Shown: positions 1 through 10,299 of the stretch, piece by piece
How positions within the stretch are numbered: position 1 is the first letter of the stretch
Layout: every line of letters begins with the position of its first letter
Assembly (NCBI GenBank): GCA_965225985.1
Contig: OZ245330.1
Location: forward strand, 2,010,019-2,074,018
DNA: 64,000 nt
Source: a bacterium
Lineage (GTDB): Bacteria > UBA8248
Direction: 5' to 3'
Position numbers and translations under genes: made by a program
The notes under the pieces: model-generated
What the model saw: the letters and a program-made list of their open reading frames with translations, nothing else
Database searches by the model: none
What the model was told of the DNA's origin: nothing

Positions 1-89
1 AGAATTTCAGCGGCTTACTGGCGGCGGCAGGGCCCGAGGCCGCTTCGACTTCGCTGGTTGGTTTCACGTTGCTTCTCTTCCCCCGGCCT

Positions 90-983
90 TTACCGTACCG
101 CCTGCGCTTGCCAGTATCCCCCGGCCCGGAACAATCCCTGCGGCCGGAAGAGCAAGATTCCGATAAAGATAACGAAAGTGACGAGCTCCTTCTGGCCCCC
201 CGGGATGAAAATCGATCCAATCGACTCTGCCAGGCCGATGATGAGACCCGCGAACATCGCCCCCATGTAGTTCCCCATTCCGCCCAGGCACACCACCACA
301 AACGCCACCAAGATGAAGACGTCCCCCACGTCGGAGGAGACGGGGAAGTAGGGGGCGATCACCGCTCCCGAGGCGCCCGCGCAGGCCGAACCGATTGCGA
401 AGGTGATGATATAGACTTTCCAGACATCGACCCCCACCACTTGCGCGCCGACCTTGTTCTGGGCTGTGGCGCGTATCGCCTTCCCGGTGTCGGTGAGTTT
501 GAGGAAGTAGTGCAGGGCCAGGGAAAGGGCGATTGCGAACAGGAAGGCCAGCAGCCGCACCACCTCGACCTGGAGCCCCAGGCCGATGGGGATCGCCGAT
601 TGCTGGTAGCTCACGAGAAGCGCCCTGTAGTCCGGCCAGAGGAACAGCGCGGAGTTCTGCATGAAAAGCATGACGCCCAGGGTGAGGAGAAATCCGTTGT
701 AGTGCGGCGCGTCCATGATCCTGTTCACGAGGTGCTTCTGAATCAGCCACCCCCAGGCGAACATGAGCACCATCGCCGGGATCAGGCCAATGTAGGGATC
801 GATTCCGAAAAGGCGGTGGAGCCAAAAGACCACGTACATGCCCGCCATCAGGAAGGTGCCGTGGGCGAAGTTGCCGACTCCCATGACGCCAAAGATGAGC
901 GTGAGCCCGATGGCTGACAGGCTGTAAACCCCCCCGATGAGGAGTCCGTTGATGATCGCCGTCCCGAAAAGGTCAAACGTCAT
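90..983 (-). CDS. Branched-chain amino acid ABC transporter permease (LivH/LivM family)
   Basis: 297-aa ORF with a multi-TM hydrophobic profile and LivH-like segments (GLTLIFGVMGVGNFAHG). Lies on the same strand directly downstream of the LivK-like binding-protein gene. Confidence 0.75.
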   Translation of the reverse strand: MTFDLFGTAIINGLLIGGVYSLSAIGLTLIFGVMGVGNFAHGTFLMAGMYVVFWLHRLFGIDPYIGLIPAMVLMFAWGWLIQKHLVNRIMDAPHYNGFLLTLGVMLFMQNSALFLWPDYRALLVSYQQSAIPIGLGLQVEVVRLLAFLFAIALSLALHYFLKLTDTGKAIRATAQNKVGAQVVGVDVWKVYIITFAIGSACAGASGAVIAPYFPVSSDVGDVFILVAFVVVCLGGMGNYMGAMFAGLIIGLAESIGSIFIPGGQKELVTFVIFIGILLFRPQGLFRAGGYWQAQAVR

Positions 984-1100
984 GCCGCGTTAGTCCCATT
1001 ATTCTTATCCTGAAAAACTTTCAAGCAACCCGAAAGCGCCGACCGGCCGGGGAAGCCCCCTCCTCGGGGCTTCCCCGGCCGTGCTGGGAGGCTCAGGAAC

Positions 1101-2360
1101 CTACGCTCTTTCGCTCCACTTCGGCATCGGCCATACGGGCTTCAATTTGCCGCCCGGCCAGACCGTACGATATTTTCCTTTAAGGACCTGGGCCATGATG
1201 TCGGCCGCGCCGTCAACCTCGCCGTCCGAACCGAATTTGACGCTCGTGCCGGGCATCATCATTGCATTGCCGCTGGTGAGATTGGTGGCGGCGATGGCGT
1301 CGCGCACCTTGTTCCGATCTGTCGTGCAGGCCCGCTCGAGCACGTCCTTGACGATGTAGGCCATGGCGTAAAGGGACGCCGAGTGGTGGTTCACCGACAC
1401 CCCGTGTTGCTTCTTCATTTTGGCCTCGAACGCCTGTTCCATAGGACGGTTCAAGTCGTAGTCGAACTTGGTGATCGCGATCATATACTCCGAGAGTTTT
1501 CCAACTGAACTCAGGTACTTCGGATCGACGTATCCCGCCCCGAAAGTCACATAGGCCATCGTGTCCACCTTTTGCGCGGCGAGCGCCCGGGTGACCAGGA
1601 TGGCGTCGTTCGTGAAATTCGTGAGGTAGATGACGTCGGGTTTGGCCGCCTTCAATTTCGCGACCTCGACGTCCACGTTCGTCACCTTGAGGGGATTGTA
1701 GAGATCGGCGACGACCTTCTGGTTCGAACCTCTCTGGATGGCCTCAATGATGGCCTTCGCGGAGGACTTCCCGAAGTTCTCATCGAGGGACAGCAACGCC
1801 GCACGCTTGGCGACCTTCCCGGTCTTCTTGCCCATGGCCTCGACAAAATCGACCATCCGGGTTCCCATCCTCCTCGAGTTCAAGATGGTCCGGAAGACGT
1901 ATTTGAAGTTGCGCCCTTCGAGGATGGTCGCCTGGGAGGCCATGCCGATGAGCTGGGGGAGGCCGTATTGCTCGGAGACTTGGGTCGAGGGGTAAGTCAC
2001 GTTGCTGTTGTAGCTTCCGACGAGAAGGGGGATATTCTTGTTCTGCGCGACTTTCTCGTACTCCGCCATCCCGACCCGCGGGGTGGTCTGGGTGTCGCGG
2101 AGGACCGTCTTGATCTTGGCCCCCCCGAGGCACTTGATGCCGCCCGCCCCATTGATCTCATCAACGGCGATGTTCCATCCCCTCACGGCGTTCGTTCCCG
2201 AGGCGCCCGAAGGGCCGCTCAGCGGATAGATGACGGCAATCTCCACCTCCTTCATCGCGGCGCCCCGGACGACGGCCGGGAAGCCGAGGCTGGACGCGGC
2301 GATGCCCGCTGCCCCCGCGCCCTTTATGAATGTTCGCCTGTCAATCTTTTTTTTCGCCAT
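1101..2360 (-). CDS. ABC transporter substrate-binding protein, Leu/Ile/Val-binding (LivK-like)
   Basis: 419 aa with an N-terminal Tat-like signal (RRTFIKGAGAAGIAASS). Overall resembles periplasmic branched-chain amino acid binding proteins. Upstream of the permease gene. Confidence 0.75.
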   Translation of the reverse strand: MAKKKIDRRTFIKGAGAAGIAASSLGFPAVVRGAAMKEVEIAVIYPLSGPSGASGTNAVRGWNIAVDEINGAGGIKCLGGAKIKTVLRDTQTTPRVGMAEYEKVAQNKNIPLLVGSYNSNVTYPSTQVSEQYGLPQLIGMASQATILEGRNFKYVFRTILNSRRMGTRMVDFVEAMGKKTGKVAKRAALLSLDENFGKSSAKAIIEAIQRGSNQKVVADLYNPLKVTNVDVEVAKLKAAKPDVIYLTNFTNDAILVTRALAAQKVDTMAYVTFGAGYVDPKYLSSVGKLSEYMIAITKFDYDLNRPMEQAFEAKMKKQHGVSVNHHSASLYAMAYIVKDVLERACTTDRNKVRDAIAATNLTSGNAMMMPGTSVKFGSDGEVDGAADIMAQVLKGKYRTVWPGGKLKPVWPMPKWSERA

Positions 2361-2602
2361 AATGAACCTCCCTGTGATGGTGGAACGCCATGGGCGGGGA
2401 ATTCCCCCCCCCCGTTTCTCTCCGCAATCTTGGGTTATAACCGATCTTATATTTGGTTAAGAAAAAAGTCTATCAACCTCCACAAATTTCCGGGATATCT
2501 TTTGTTTGCACGGGATATCGTCGAGCATTTCTCTCCCGGGAGTCCGCCCCCGCGCGTGCGCGGGGGCGGACTCCCGGGAGAACCGTCTTCCCTCCGAAAG
2601 GC

Positions 2603-3766
2603 TTATCCCCGTACGAACAAATCGCGCGGAAAATTCGTGATGATCTCGAGTCCCGTTTCCGTGACGGCCACCGTTTCGCTCACGCCCACGGCGTATTCCC
2701 CGTACTCCCGCAGGGCGAGCGGCACGTGGAACACCATGCCCGGCCGCAGCTCGCGCTTGTCGTTGGGCCCGAGGGACATGATGTGCGCTTCCGGCCATCC
2801 GGGGCCGAAGCTCAGCCCCACGGCGTATCCCACCCGCCTTCGGAAATTGGGCTCATACCCGTGCTTGTCGATCACGGCCTGGCAGGCGGCCTGGGCATCC
2901 TCGGAGAGCGCGCCCGGGCGGATGGCCGCGAGGGTGGCCTCCAGCGCCTCGGCGCAGGCGTCGTACATGCGCCGCATCCCGTCGGAGGGCTCGCCCACGA
3001 CGACGGTCCGCATCAGGGGAGCGGTGTACCGGTGCCAGACGCCGCCGTGCTCGAAAAACACGGCGTCCCCCCGCAGCAGCTTTCGCCGCTGGAAGGTGGT
3101 GTGCGGGATGCCGGACTTGTCCCCGGAGGTGAGGATGGGGCCGAGGCTGAAGAACTCGCTTCCGGCCGCCGCGAGGCCCCGGTAACATTCGGCGACCACT
3201 TCGTTCTCCGTCTTGCCCTCGGCGACGGCTTCGATGCCGGCGGCCATTCCCGCCTCCGTGCATTTGGCCGCCGAGCGGAAGCACTCCACCTCCCAGGAGG
3301 ACTTGATCATGCGGGCCGGCTCCACGAAGCCGGTGCCGTCGCCCATCTCCAGGCCCAGGTTCTTTTCCAGGTGCTTGTATTGCTTGACGGTCATGAAGGG
3401 GCTGGTCTGTTCGGCGAACAGCTTGCGCGATTCAAGCCCGTTCTCCCGGATGGCGCGCAGCAAGGCGCTGGCGGGGTCTTCGTGGTCCGCGTACCCGAAC
3501 ACCGAATCCAGCCAGGAGGAGGCCTCGGCCACGGGCACCTCGAAACCGCGCACGACCAACACCGGCTTTCCCTCCATCGACACCAGGAGGCACTGATAGG
3601 TGTAGAAAGAGATCGTGTAATACCCGGTGAGGTAGGTGACGTTGGCCGGGTCGAAAACGAGGAGGACTTCCACCCCTTTGGCGGCCATGCCCTCCCGCAC
3701 CGCGGCGAGGCGGCGGTCGTACTCCTCCTGGGGAAAAGCCAATTCCAGTTTTTTCAGGGGTCCCAT
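2603..3766 (-). CDS. M24 family metallopeptidase (creatinase / Xaa-Pro aminopeptidase-like)
   Basis: 387 aa with a creatinase/prolidase N-domain and a pita-bread C-domain. Length and composition are typical of M24B enzymes. Confidence 0.7.
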   Translation of the reverse strand: MGPLKKLELAFPQEEYDRRLAAVREGMAAKGVEVLLVFDPANVTYLTGYYTISFYTYQCLLVSMEGKPVLVVRGFEVPVAEASSWLDSVFGYADHEDPASALLRAIRENGLESRKLFAEQTSPFMTVKQYKHLEKNLGLEMGDGTGFVEPARMIKSSWEVECFRSAAKCTEAGMAAGIEAVAEGKTENEVVAECYRGLAAAGSEFFSLGPILTSGDKSGIPHTTFQRRKLLRGDAVFFEHGGVWHRYTAPLMRTVVVGEPSDGMRRMYDACAEALEATLAAIRPGALSEDAQAACQAVIDKHGYEPNFRRRVGYAVGLSFGPGWPEAHIMSLGPNDKRELRPGMVFHVPLALREYGEYAVGVSETVAVTETGLEIITNFPRDLFVRG

Positions 3767-3806
3767 TCTCTTCTTCCTTCCCTAATGTTCGGACCGCGGA
3801 TTTCCG

Positions 3807-4868
3807 CTACTTGGCCAACGGGCTCCACTCCGGAACGGTCCAGGAGAGAGGTTTTCCCTCCATGTAATCCTTGAGCGGCGTTTTGTAGGCGAAGAGTTCC
3901 GCCTGGCCGCCCGTGTGCAGGAACACGACCACATCGTCCGGCTTGAAGAATCCCTGCCGGCAAAGATCGATCAAGCAGGCCATCGAGGCGCAGGAATAGA
4001 CGGGATCGATGAAAAGCCCCTCCGTTTGCGCCGCGATTGTGATGGCCTCGGCCTTCACCTCGTCGATGAACCCGTAGCCGCCGCCGGCGTATTGGTCGTA
4101 GACGACGATATCTTCCGGGGCGATTTTGACGTCCAGCTCCAGGAATTCCAGGGCGTCATCGATCCGCTGGGAAACGGTATCGATTTGCTCCTTCTTGGAG
4201 TATGAGCCGTTCGTCGAGGCGATGATCTTCATGCCGGTGCTGAAGGCCTTGGCCCCGATCACGAGACCCGCCTGGGTTCCCCCCGAGCCCGAGGTGGTTA
4301 TCAGATAATCGATGTGGATGCCCTGTTCGGCGGATTGCTGCAAAAGCTCGAGAACGGCGTTTATGTACCCGGCCACCCCCAGGGGGGTCGAGCCCGCCAA
4401 GGTCATGAGATAGGGCTTGTGCCCCTTCGCCTTCAACTCCTCCATCTTCGCTTCGGTGACCTTTTGGAGATTCTCGGGCCGCGCGACCTGAATGTCCGCC
4501 CCCGGCAGATAGTGGAGAAGGTGATTCGCGTCGTAGTCCTTTGAATCGTACCCGTCCTTCGGGCCCGATTTGATGAGGGCGATTTTCATCCCCAGCCGGC
4601 AGGCGGCCGCCGCCGTCTGGGTGCACCAGTTCGACTGAAAACCCGCCCCGGTGAGGATGTAATCCGCCTCATGGCGGAGGGCGTCCGCCATCAGATATTC
4701 GAGTTTCCGCGTCTTGTTGCCGCCGAAGGCGAGCCCGGTCATGTCGTCCCGCTTGACGAAGATTCGGGGGCCTTTGAGGGTTTTGGAGAGATTCGGCATC
4801 TCTTGCAGGGGGGTGGGCAGGTTGGCGAGCCTGACCCTGGGAAGCGTATTGAATTTTTTCATGCACAC
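3807..4868 (-). CDS. PLP-dependent ACC deaminase / D-cysteine desulfhydrase family enzyme
   Basis: 353 aa carrying the diagnostic GGNKTRKLEYL motif of the ACC-deaminase / D-Cys desulfhydrase (Trp-synthase beta-like) family. Confidence 0.75.
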   Translation of the reverse strand: MCMKKFNTLPRVRLANLPTPLQEMPNLSKTLKGPRIFVKRDDMTGLAFGGNKTRKLEYLMADALRHEADYILTGAGFQSNWCTQTAAAACRLGMKIALIKSGPKDGYDSKDYDANHLLHYLPGADIQVARPENLQKVTEAKMEELKAKGHKPYLMTLAGSTPLGVAGYINAVLELLQQSAEQGIHIDYLITTSGSGGTQAGLVIGAKAFSTGMKIIASTNGSYSKKEQIDTVSQRIDDALEFLELDVKIAPEDIVVYDQYAGGGYGFIDEVKAEAITIAAQTEGLFIDPVYSCASMACLIDLCRQGFFKPDDVVVFLHTGGQAELFAYKTPLKDYMEGKPLSWTVPEWSPLAK

Positions 4869-4956
4869 CCCTCCCCTCGTTCCCGATCGGCCTCTTTACC
4901 GGCCAAGCCTTTATCGGGCAAGCCGCGGCCCGCCCGGCGGATCGGCGGGAACCCGC

Positions 4957-5475
4957 CTACTCCCGAATCCAGTTCACGTTCAGCGGAACGCCGGCGTCCC
5001 CGATGAGGCGGCTCACCGGGCAAAGGCGCGCCACCTCCTCCTTCATTTTCTCAAAGCGCTCCTCGGTCTCGCCCGTCTTGATGTGGATATCCATGTCCAC
5101 CTGATGGAAGTGAAAGGCGATCGGCTCGACCTCGGTGAACTTCTTGCCGGTCCGTTTCATCTCCGCCCGCCGCACGTCGTGCACGCCGGTCGCCGCGCAC
5201 CGCATGGTGTCCAGCTGGAACTTCATCTCCCGCTGGAGGATGTAGACGATCATCGAAGTGCAAGCGCAGAGGGCGGAAAGGATGGACTCCAAAGGGGTCG
5301 GACCGTCGTTGTCCCCGCCCAGCTCCTTGGGCTCGTCGAAATACCACTTCGGAATATCCCGAATGCTGACCGCGCTCTTGTACTTGCCCAGGTATTCCGT
5401 CGAAACGTGAATCTTTTGCAGCCGCTCGTTCACCTGAACGTCGTCTGCCGCCGTTCCGGTTTGCGCCGTTGCCAT
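4957..5475 (-). CDS. OsmC/Ohr family peroxiredoxin-like protein
   Basis: 172 aa with an OsmC-like core (GPTPLESILSALCACTS) and the conserved Cys pair. Confidence 0.7.
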   Translation of the reverse strand: MATAQTGTAADDVQVNERLQKIHVSTEYLGKYKSAVSIRDIPKWYFDEPKELGGDNDGPTPLESILSALCACTSMIVYILQREMKFQLDTMRCAATGVHDVRRAEMKRTGKKFTEVEPIAFHFHQVDMDIHIKTGETEERFEKMKEEVARLCPVSRLIGDAGVPLNVNWIRE

Positions 5476-5509
5476 GCCGTGTTCCTCCTCTTTTGGGGGG
5501 ATGGGTCTC

Positions 5510-7312
5510 CTACTTCCGCCCCACGTCCCCTCCCCAGTCGTACGTCCAGTTGATTTCCCCGCGGGCCTCGCGCATCTCCGCCCGCAGGGTTTCCGTCTCT
5601 TCCATGTTCAGCTCATAGGTCCCGGGCGCGAAAACGACTCCGTATTCCTCCCGGGCCGTCTTTTCGGACACCTTCCGGTCCAGAACGTCCTCGCGGACCT
5701 TCTCGGGCTCGCGCTCGAGCGGATCGCCGTTTCCCCCGCCCCCGCCGACGTAACACTCCATCTTGTCGCCCGGGCGCAGGGGGAACCGCAACCGGGAAGG
5801 CACCTTGAAATCGGTGCCGTCCTTCCGCTTCACGTAGGTGGCGTAGCTCGCGCCGGGCTTGCCGCCGAAAAGACCCCAGGGATGCGTGAAATGCCGGTCC
5901 CCCCGGTGGGTCACCTCGCACTCGCCCTCGAGCACCTCGAACGCCTTTTCCATGCCCATGCCGCCCCGGAATTTGCCCGGGCCCCCCGAGTCGTCCCACA
6001 GGCGGGCGCGGGAAATGTGGAGCGGGTATTCCATCTCGACCGCCTCGACGGGCGAATTCATCATGTTGGTTACGTCGCACTCGATGTAATCCACCCCGTC
6101 CTTGGTGGGGCGGGCGCCCATCCCGCCGGCGAAAAGCTCGAGGTAAACGTACGCCCCCCCGCTCCCCGCGCGGCGGCCCGAAAGGCTCACCCCCTGCATT
6201 CCGCCCGAGGAAGCCCGCAGCTTCCCGGGGATCGCCTGCATCAGGGAGCCGAAGATGCAGTCCAGCGTCCGGTAGAGGGTCATGGTGCGCGCGTTCAGGG
6301 CGGCGGGATGATTCGGGTTGAGCAGCGATCCTTTCGGAACCTTCAGGGTGATGGGCCGGAAACAGCCTGCGTTGGTCGGGATATCCGCGCCGGTGATACA
6401 GCGGATGGCGTAGTAGACGCAGCAGGCGGGTCCGGAGAGGGCGCTGTTGGCGGCTCCCTTGAGCTGGGGGTCGGTCCCCTCGAAATCGAAAACGATGTCC
6501 GAGCCCTTGACCGTGACCGTCACCTGAATCTTATGGCGCTTCTCCAGGTCTATCCCGTCGTTATCGAGCCAGTCGTGAAACGAGTAGACGCCGTCTGGGA
6601 TTTCCTCGATCTTCAGCCGCGTCTGCCGCTCGGCCCGATTCATCAGCTCCTCGATGTACCTTTGGAGCGTCTCGGCCCCCAACTCCGCGCACATCTCCTG
6701 AATCCGCCGCTTGCCGACCTCCCCCGCCGCCATCATGCCGCGCATGTCGCCCAGGGTGAGGTGGGGCATCCGGATGTTTTTCAGGATGATCTGGAGAATC
6801 TCCTTGTTCCACTCCCCCTCGCTTACCAGCTTGCAGGGCGGAAGGATCAGGCCCTCCTGAAAAATCTCGGTGGCGTCGGGCGGAAGGCTCCCGATGGCCA
6901 TCCCCCCGAAATCCTGCTGGTGGGCCATGACGCAGGCGAGGGCCACCGTCCGCCCCTCCCAGATGATGGGCATGACCACGGTGAGGTCCGGGATGTGGTT
7001 CCCTCCCTCGTAGGGATCGTTGAAAATGTACACGTCCCCCTCCCGCATCGTTTCCACCGGATAGTCCTCGATGACGCGCCGCACGCAGGACACCAGCACC
7101 CCCAGGTGCACGGGCAGGGATTTCGCCTGGGCGATGGTCTGAGCCTCGAGGTCGAACAGGGAGCAGGCGCAATCCCACCCCTCTTTGATGACCACCGAGA
7201 AAGAGCTGCGGACCATGGCGACCTGCATTTCCTGCGCGATTACATCCACGCGGTTCCGCACCACCTCCAGGGTGATCGGGTCGAATTCCGTCGCCGTTTG
7301 CATCTCCGCCAA
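5510..7312 (-). CDS. hyuB: Hydantoinase B / 5-oxoprolinase subunit B (HyuB family)
   Basis: 600 aa resembling Hydantoinase_B. Immediately downstream of the HyuA-like gene on the same strand. Confidence 0.8.
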   Translation of the reverse strand: MAEMQTATEFDPITLEVVRNRVDVIAQEMQVAMVRSSFSVVIKEGWDCACSLFDLEAQTIAQAKSLPVHLGVLVSCVRRVIEDYPVETMREGDVYIFNDPYEGGNHIPDLTVVMPIIWEGRTVALACVMAHQQDFGGMAIGSLPPDATEIFQEGLILPPCKLVSEGEWNKEILQIILKNIRMPHLTLGDMRGMMAAGEVGKRRIQEMCAELGAETLQRYIEELMNRAERQTRLKIEEIPDGVYSFHDWLDNDGIDLEKRHKIQVTVTVKGSDIVFDFEGTDPQLKGAANSALSGPACCVYYAIRCITGADIPTNAGCFRPITLKVPKGSLLNPNHPAALNARTMTLYRTLDCIFGSLMQAIPGKLRASSGGMQGVSLSGRRAGSGGAYVYLELFAGGMGARPTKDGVDYIECDVTNMMNSPVEAVEMEYPLHISRARLWDDSGGPGKFRGGMGMEKAFEVLEGECEVTHRGDRHFTHPWGLFGGKPGASYATYVKRKDGTDFKVPSRLRFPLRPGDKMECYVGGGGGNGDPLEREPEKVREDVLDRKVSEKTAREEYGVVFAPGTYELNMEETETLRAEMREARGEINWTYDWGGDVGRK

Positions 7313-7356
7313 AGCCTATCTCCTCTTTCCCCGGGGGCGGCGCATTTCCGCCCGGC

Positions 7357-9417
7357 TCATCGCCTCTCCAAAGGGTTTGTCAGGATAATATTGCCCGCCG
7401 GGTCCATCCGGCACGACTGGCCGGGATAGACCACGGTGGTCGTATCCCGCTGCTCCACGACCAAAGGCCCTTGTTGTTCCAAATCCACCGGGAGCCGGGC
7501 GCGATCGTAGACCGGCACCTCGACGCCCTCGGCGTGGTCCGGGAAGAAGTAGGCGCGGCGCGATTCCTTCTGCGCGTCCGCCCAGGCGCCCCCGCCCTTG
7601 GGACGGGGCACCTCGGGCTTGTGGAGCGGATACCAGTGGACCGTCCGCAGGTTCACGAACTCGACCGGCGCCTCGGTGCTGGACTGGCTGTACACCTGAT
7701 GATGTTTGCTGTGAAAATCCCGGACGAGGCGCCCGCCCGTTTCGCCGTCCACCTCGCCTTCCAGCTGGATGTTCAGCTCATAGGACTGGCCGAGATACCG
7801 TATGTCGGCCGAGCGCGCGACCCGGACCTCCTCCGCCGGCACCCGGTCCTTCTCCATGCTCTCGAGGCCTCTTCGGTCCAGGTCTTCGTAGACCCGGCGC
7901 AGGGCCTCGGCCGTGACCTGGTCCTCCGGCATCTTGAAGGAGGCGCTGTTGTCGTGCTCGATGTTGGCCACCAGCAGGCCGAACGCCGAAAGGACGCCCG
8001 GCGTTATGGGGACGAGGAGGGTGGAGATGGACAAGGATTTTGCGAGCATCCCCCCGTTCACCGGCCCCGCCCCGCCGAGGAGGACGAGGGCGAAGTCGCG
8101 CGGGTCGTACCCGCGGCACACGGTCCAGAGCCGGATCTCGTCGGACATCTTGGCGTTCACGATGGCGTGGATCGCCCAGGCGGCCTCGGGAACGGAAAGG
8201 CCCAGCGGCTCGCCGATCCGCTCGACGGCGCGGTGCGCGGCGTCCACGTCGAGGCTGAGCGTTCCCGCCGCGAAATAGGACGGATTGAGATACCCGAGAA
8301 CCACGCTTGCGTCGGTGACCGTCGGCTCCGTCCCGCCCCGCCCGTAGCAGGAGGGCCCGGGGTCCGCCCCCGCGCTCTCGGGCCCGACGTGCAGGCCTCC
8401 CACCGAATCCACCCAGGCGATGCTCCCCCCGCCGGCCCCGATGGCGGAAACGTCCACCATGGGAAAGCGGAAGGGGTAGCTCAGGATCTTTCCGTCGGTG
8501 GTGGTGAGCAGGCGGCTGTCCTTCACCACCGAGATGTCCGCCGAGGTCCCGCCCATGTCCAGGCTCACGATGTCCTTGAAGCCCGTCTGGGCGGCGACGC
8601 TCACCGCCCCGAGCACGCCCGCGGCGGGCCCGGAGAGGACGGTGCGGGCGGGCTGCTCCACGATGTGGCGGAAAGTGCAGATTCCGCCCCTCGACTGCAT
8701 GACCTCCAGCTCCGCCGAAATCCCGGTGCGCTCCAGGCTCTTCGAGAGCATCTCCAAATGCCCTTTCACGATCGGCCGCAGGTAGGCGTCCAACGCCGTC
8801 ACGCACAAACGCTCGTACTCCCGGAAAACCGGATCGACCTCCGAGGAGATGGAGACCGCCAGCCCGGGAAACTCTTCGTTGAGGATCTCCTTGGTGCGGC
8901 GCTCGTGGTCCGGGTTCAGGAAGGAGAACAGGTAGCACACCGCGACCGCCTCGATTTGAAACCGCTCGATCAGGTCGGCCGCCGCCCGCCGCACCCCGTC
9001 CTCGTCGAGGGGAGTGAGGACCTCTCCTTTCGCATTGACCCGCCCGCGGATTCCGACGCGCAACCGGCGGGGGGAGAGGAAGGTCGGCGTCTCGGCTTCG
9101 ATGAAGAGATCGTAGAGCTCGGACCGCATCTGCCGCCCGATCTCCAGCGAATCCTCAAAACCCTCGGTCGTCAGGACGGCGGTGACCGCCCCCTTGCGCT
9201 CGATCACCGCGTTGGTCGCCACCGTGGAGCCGAGGATGAACCGCTCGATCTGGCCGGGCTCCGCCCCGGCGTCCTGCAATACGTCCGCCAGGCCGTTCTG
9301 GATTCCGATGGAGTGATCCTGGGGGGTGGTGACCGCCTTGGTGGTCCACAGTCCCTGGTCGGGGTCCGCCAGCACCACGTCGGTGAAGGTTCCGCCCACG
9401 TCCACTCCGATGATCAT
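7357..9417 (-). CDS. hyuA: Hydantoinase A / 5-oxoprolinase subunit A (HyuA family)
   Basis: 686 aa with an N-terminal MIIGVDVGGTFTD ATPase motif, typical of Hydantoinase_A. Paired with hyuB. Confidence 0.8.
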   Translation of the reverse strand: MIIGVDVGGTFTDVVLADPDQGLWTTKAVTTPQDHSIGIQNGLADVLQDAGAEPGQIERFILGSTVATNAVIERKGAVTAVLTTEGFEDSLEIGRQMRSELYDLFIEAETPTFLSPRRLRVGIRGRVNAKGEVLTPLDEDGVRRAAADLIERFQIEAVAVCYLFSFLNPDHERRTKEILNEEFPGLAVSISSEVDPVFREYERLCVTALDAYLRPIVKGHLEMLSKSLERTGISAELEVMQSRGGICTFRHIVEQPARTVLSGPAAGVLGAVSVAAQTGFKDIVSLDMGGTSADISVVKDSRLLTTTDGKILSYPFRFPMVDVSAIGAGGGSIAWVDSVGGLHVGPESAGADPGPSCYGRGGTEPTVTDASVVLGYLNPSYFAAGTLSLDVDAAHRAVERIGEPLGLSVPEAAWAIHAIVNAKMSDEIRLWTVCRGYDPRDFALVLLGGAGPVNGGMLAKSLSISTLLVPITPGVLSAFGLLVANIEHDNSASFKMPEDQVTAEALRRVYEDLDRRGLESMEKDRVPAEEVRVARSADIRYLGQSYELNIQLEGEVDGETGGRLVRDFHSKHHQVYSQSSTEAPVEFVNLRTVHWYPLHKPEVPRPKGGGAWADAQKESRRAYFFPDHAEGVEVPVYDRARLPVDLEQQGPLVVEQRDTTTVVYPGQSCRMDPAGNIILTNPLERR

Positions 9418-9473
9418 CGCGTCTTCCCCGTTGATAAGTTGCCCAGCCGCTTAGGGCGATACCCGCCCAGACG

Positions 9474-9983
9474 TCATGGGGCGGGAGCGGCCTCCCGGAC
9501 GGCGTCCCCTTTTCGAATCAATCCTTCCGTCAGGATCTTGGCCTTCAAGCCGCCCCGGTGGACGAGGCCGTAGAGGACGCCCTTCTGGGAAAGATCCTCC
9601 ATGTGGCTGCAAGGCTCGCAGAGGGCCACCCCCTGCAGGGTGACCTCTCCCGCCTGAAATACTTTGCCGATCAGGTGGTTCAGGGGAACCCCCCGGGTGA
9701 CGATGTTCCGGCGGTGGGCGCCCGGGGCCAGGTGAATGCTCTCCGTTTTCTTGAACAATTCCGGTGACTTCAAAGCCTCGATGGACTCGTTCTCGATCAG
9801 GGTGACCTCGCGGCAGGGGTTGATTTTCACCCACTCGGGCTTGGAATCCCAGTGCCCGGTGCCGAGGAAGTAGCGATCGCCCTCCAGCCCCTTTTCCGGC
9901 ACCGCGCGGACCTCCTCCTGCTCCTCCATGGGATCGCTCGCAGCGGAGGCGATAAATATCGAATCGACGGTGCCTTTCCACAT
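9474..9983 (-). CDS. MOSC domain-containing protein
   Basis: 169 aa with the conserved Cys of the MOSC beta-barrel domain in the CEPCSHM context. Confidence 0.65.
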   Translation of the reverse strand: MWKGTVDSIFIASAASDPMEEQEEVRAVPEKGLEGDRYFLGTGHWDSKPEWVKINPCREVTLIENESIEALKSPELFKKTESIHLAPGAHRRNIVTRGVPLNHLIGKVFQAGEVTLQGVALCEPCSHMEDLSQKGVLYGLVHRGGLKAKILTEGLIRKGDAVREAAPAP

Positions 9984-10283
9984 AAACCGATTTTCCGGAT
10001 GAGGGGTAAATGCGCCGGAACATTAGCACATTCGCGCCGGGGATACGAGTCGGAAGTCCGCCGGGAGTGCGGGCGCCTCGCGCCCGGAACCGCAAATTCC
10101 AGAGGAAGGGCGCGAGACCAACCTCGCCTCCCGCCCGAAGGGAGTTCCGCGCGGGTCTTCGGTCCGACCCCCGCCGGGATTATCGCGAAAGCGCGGATGC
10201 GCCAGAGACGGCGAAGGGCGGGAGTGATCGATACCGACACTTTTACCGACACTTTGGATTCCGCGGATGAGGACAAAACCGCA

Positions 10284-10299
10284 AGTGACTGATGTCACT
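10284..10299 (-). terminator. Hairpin (AGTGAC-TGAT-GTCACT) immediately 3' of tRNA-Arg with a short flanking T-run
   Basis: Perfect 6-bp inverted repeat with a 4-nt loop directly downstream of the tRNA 3' end. A short U-run follows on the minus strand. Confidence 0.3.

Noticed and set aside
1572-3185. Long antisense ORFs across the window (e.g. 1572-3185 +, 5474-7429 +, 7471-9573 +, 12942-14411 +, 14808-16604 -, 46587-48014 -, 56132-58135 +).
   Set aside because: They have Arg/Gly/Pro-rich, low-complexity translations typical of spurious ORFs opposite real genes in high-GC DNA. Each overlaps a well-supported CDS on the other strand.
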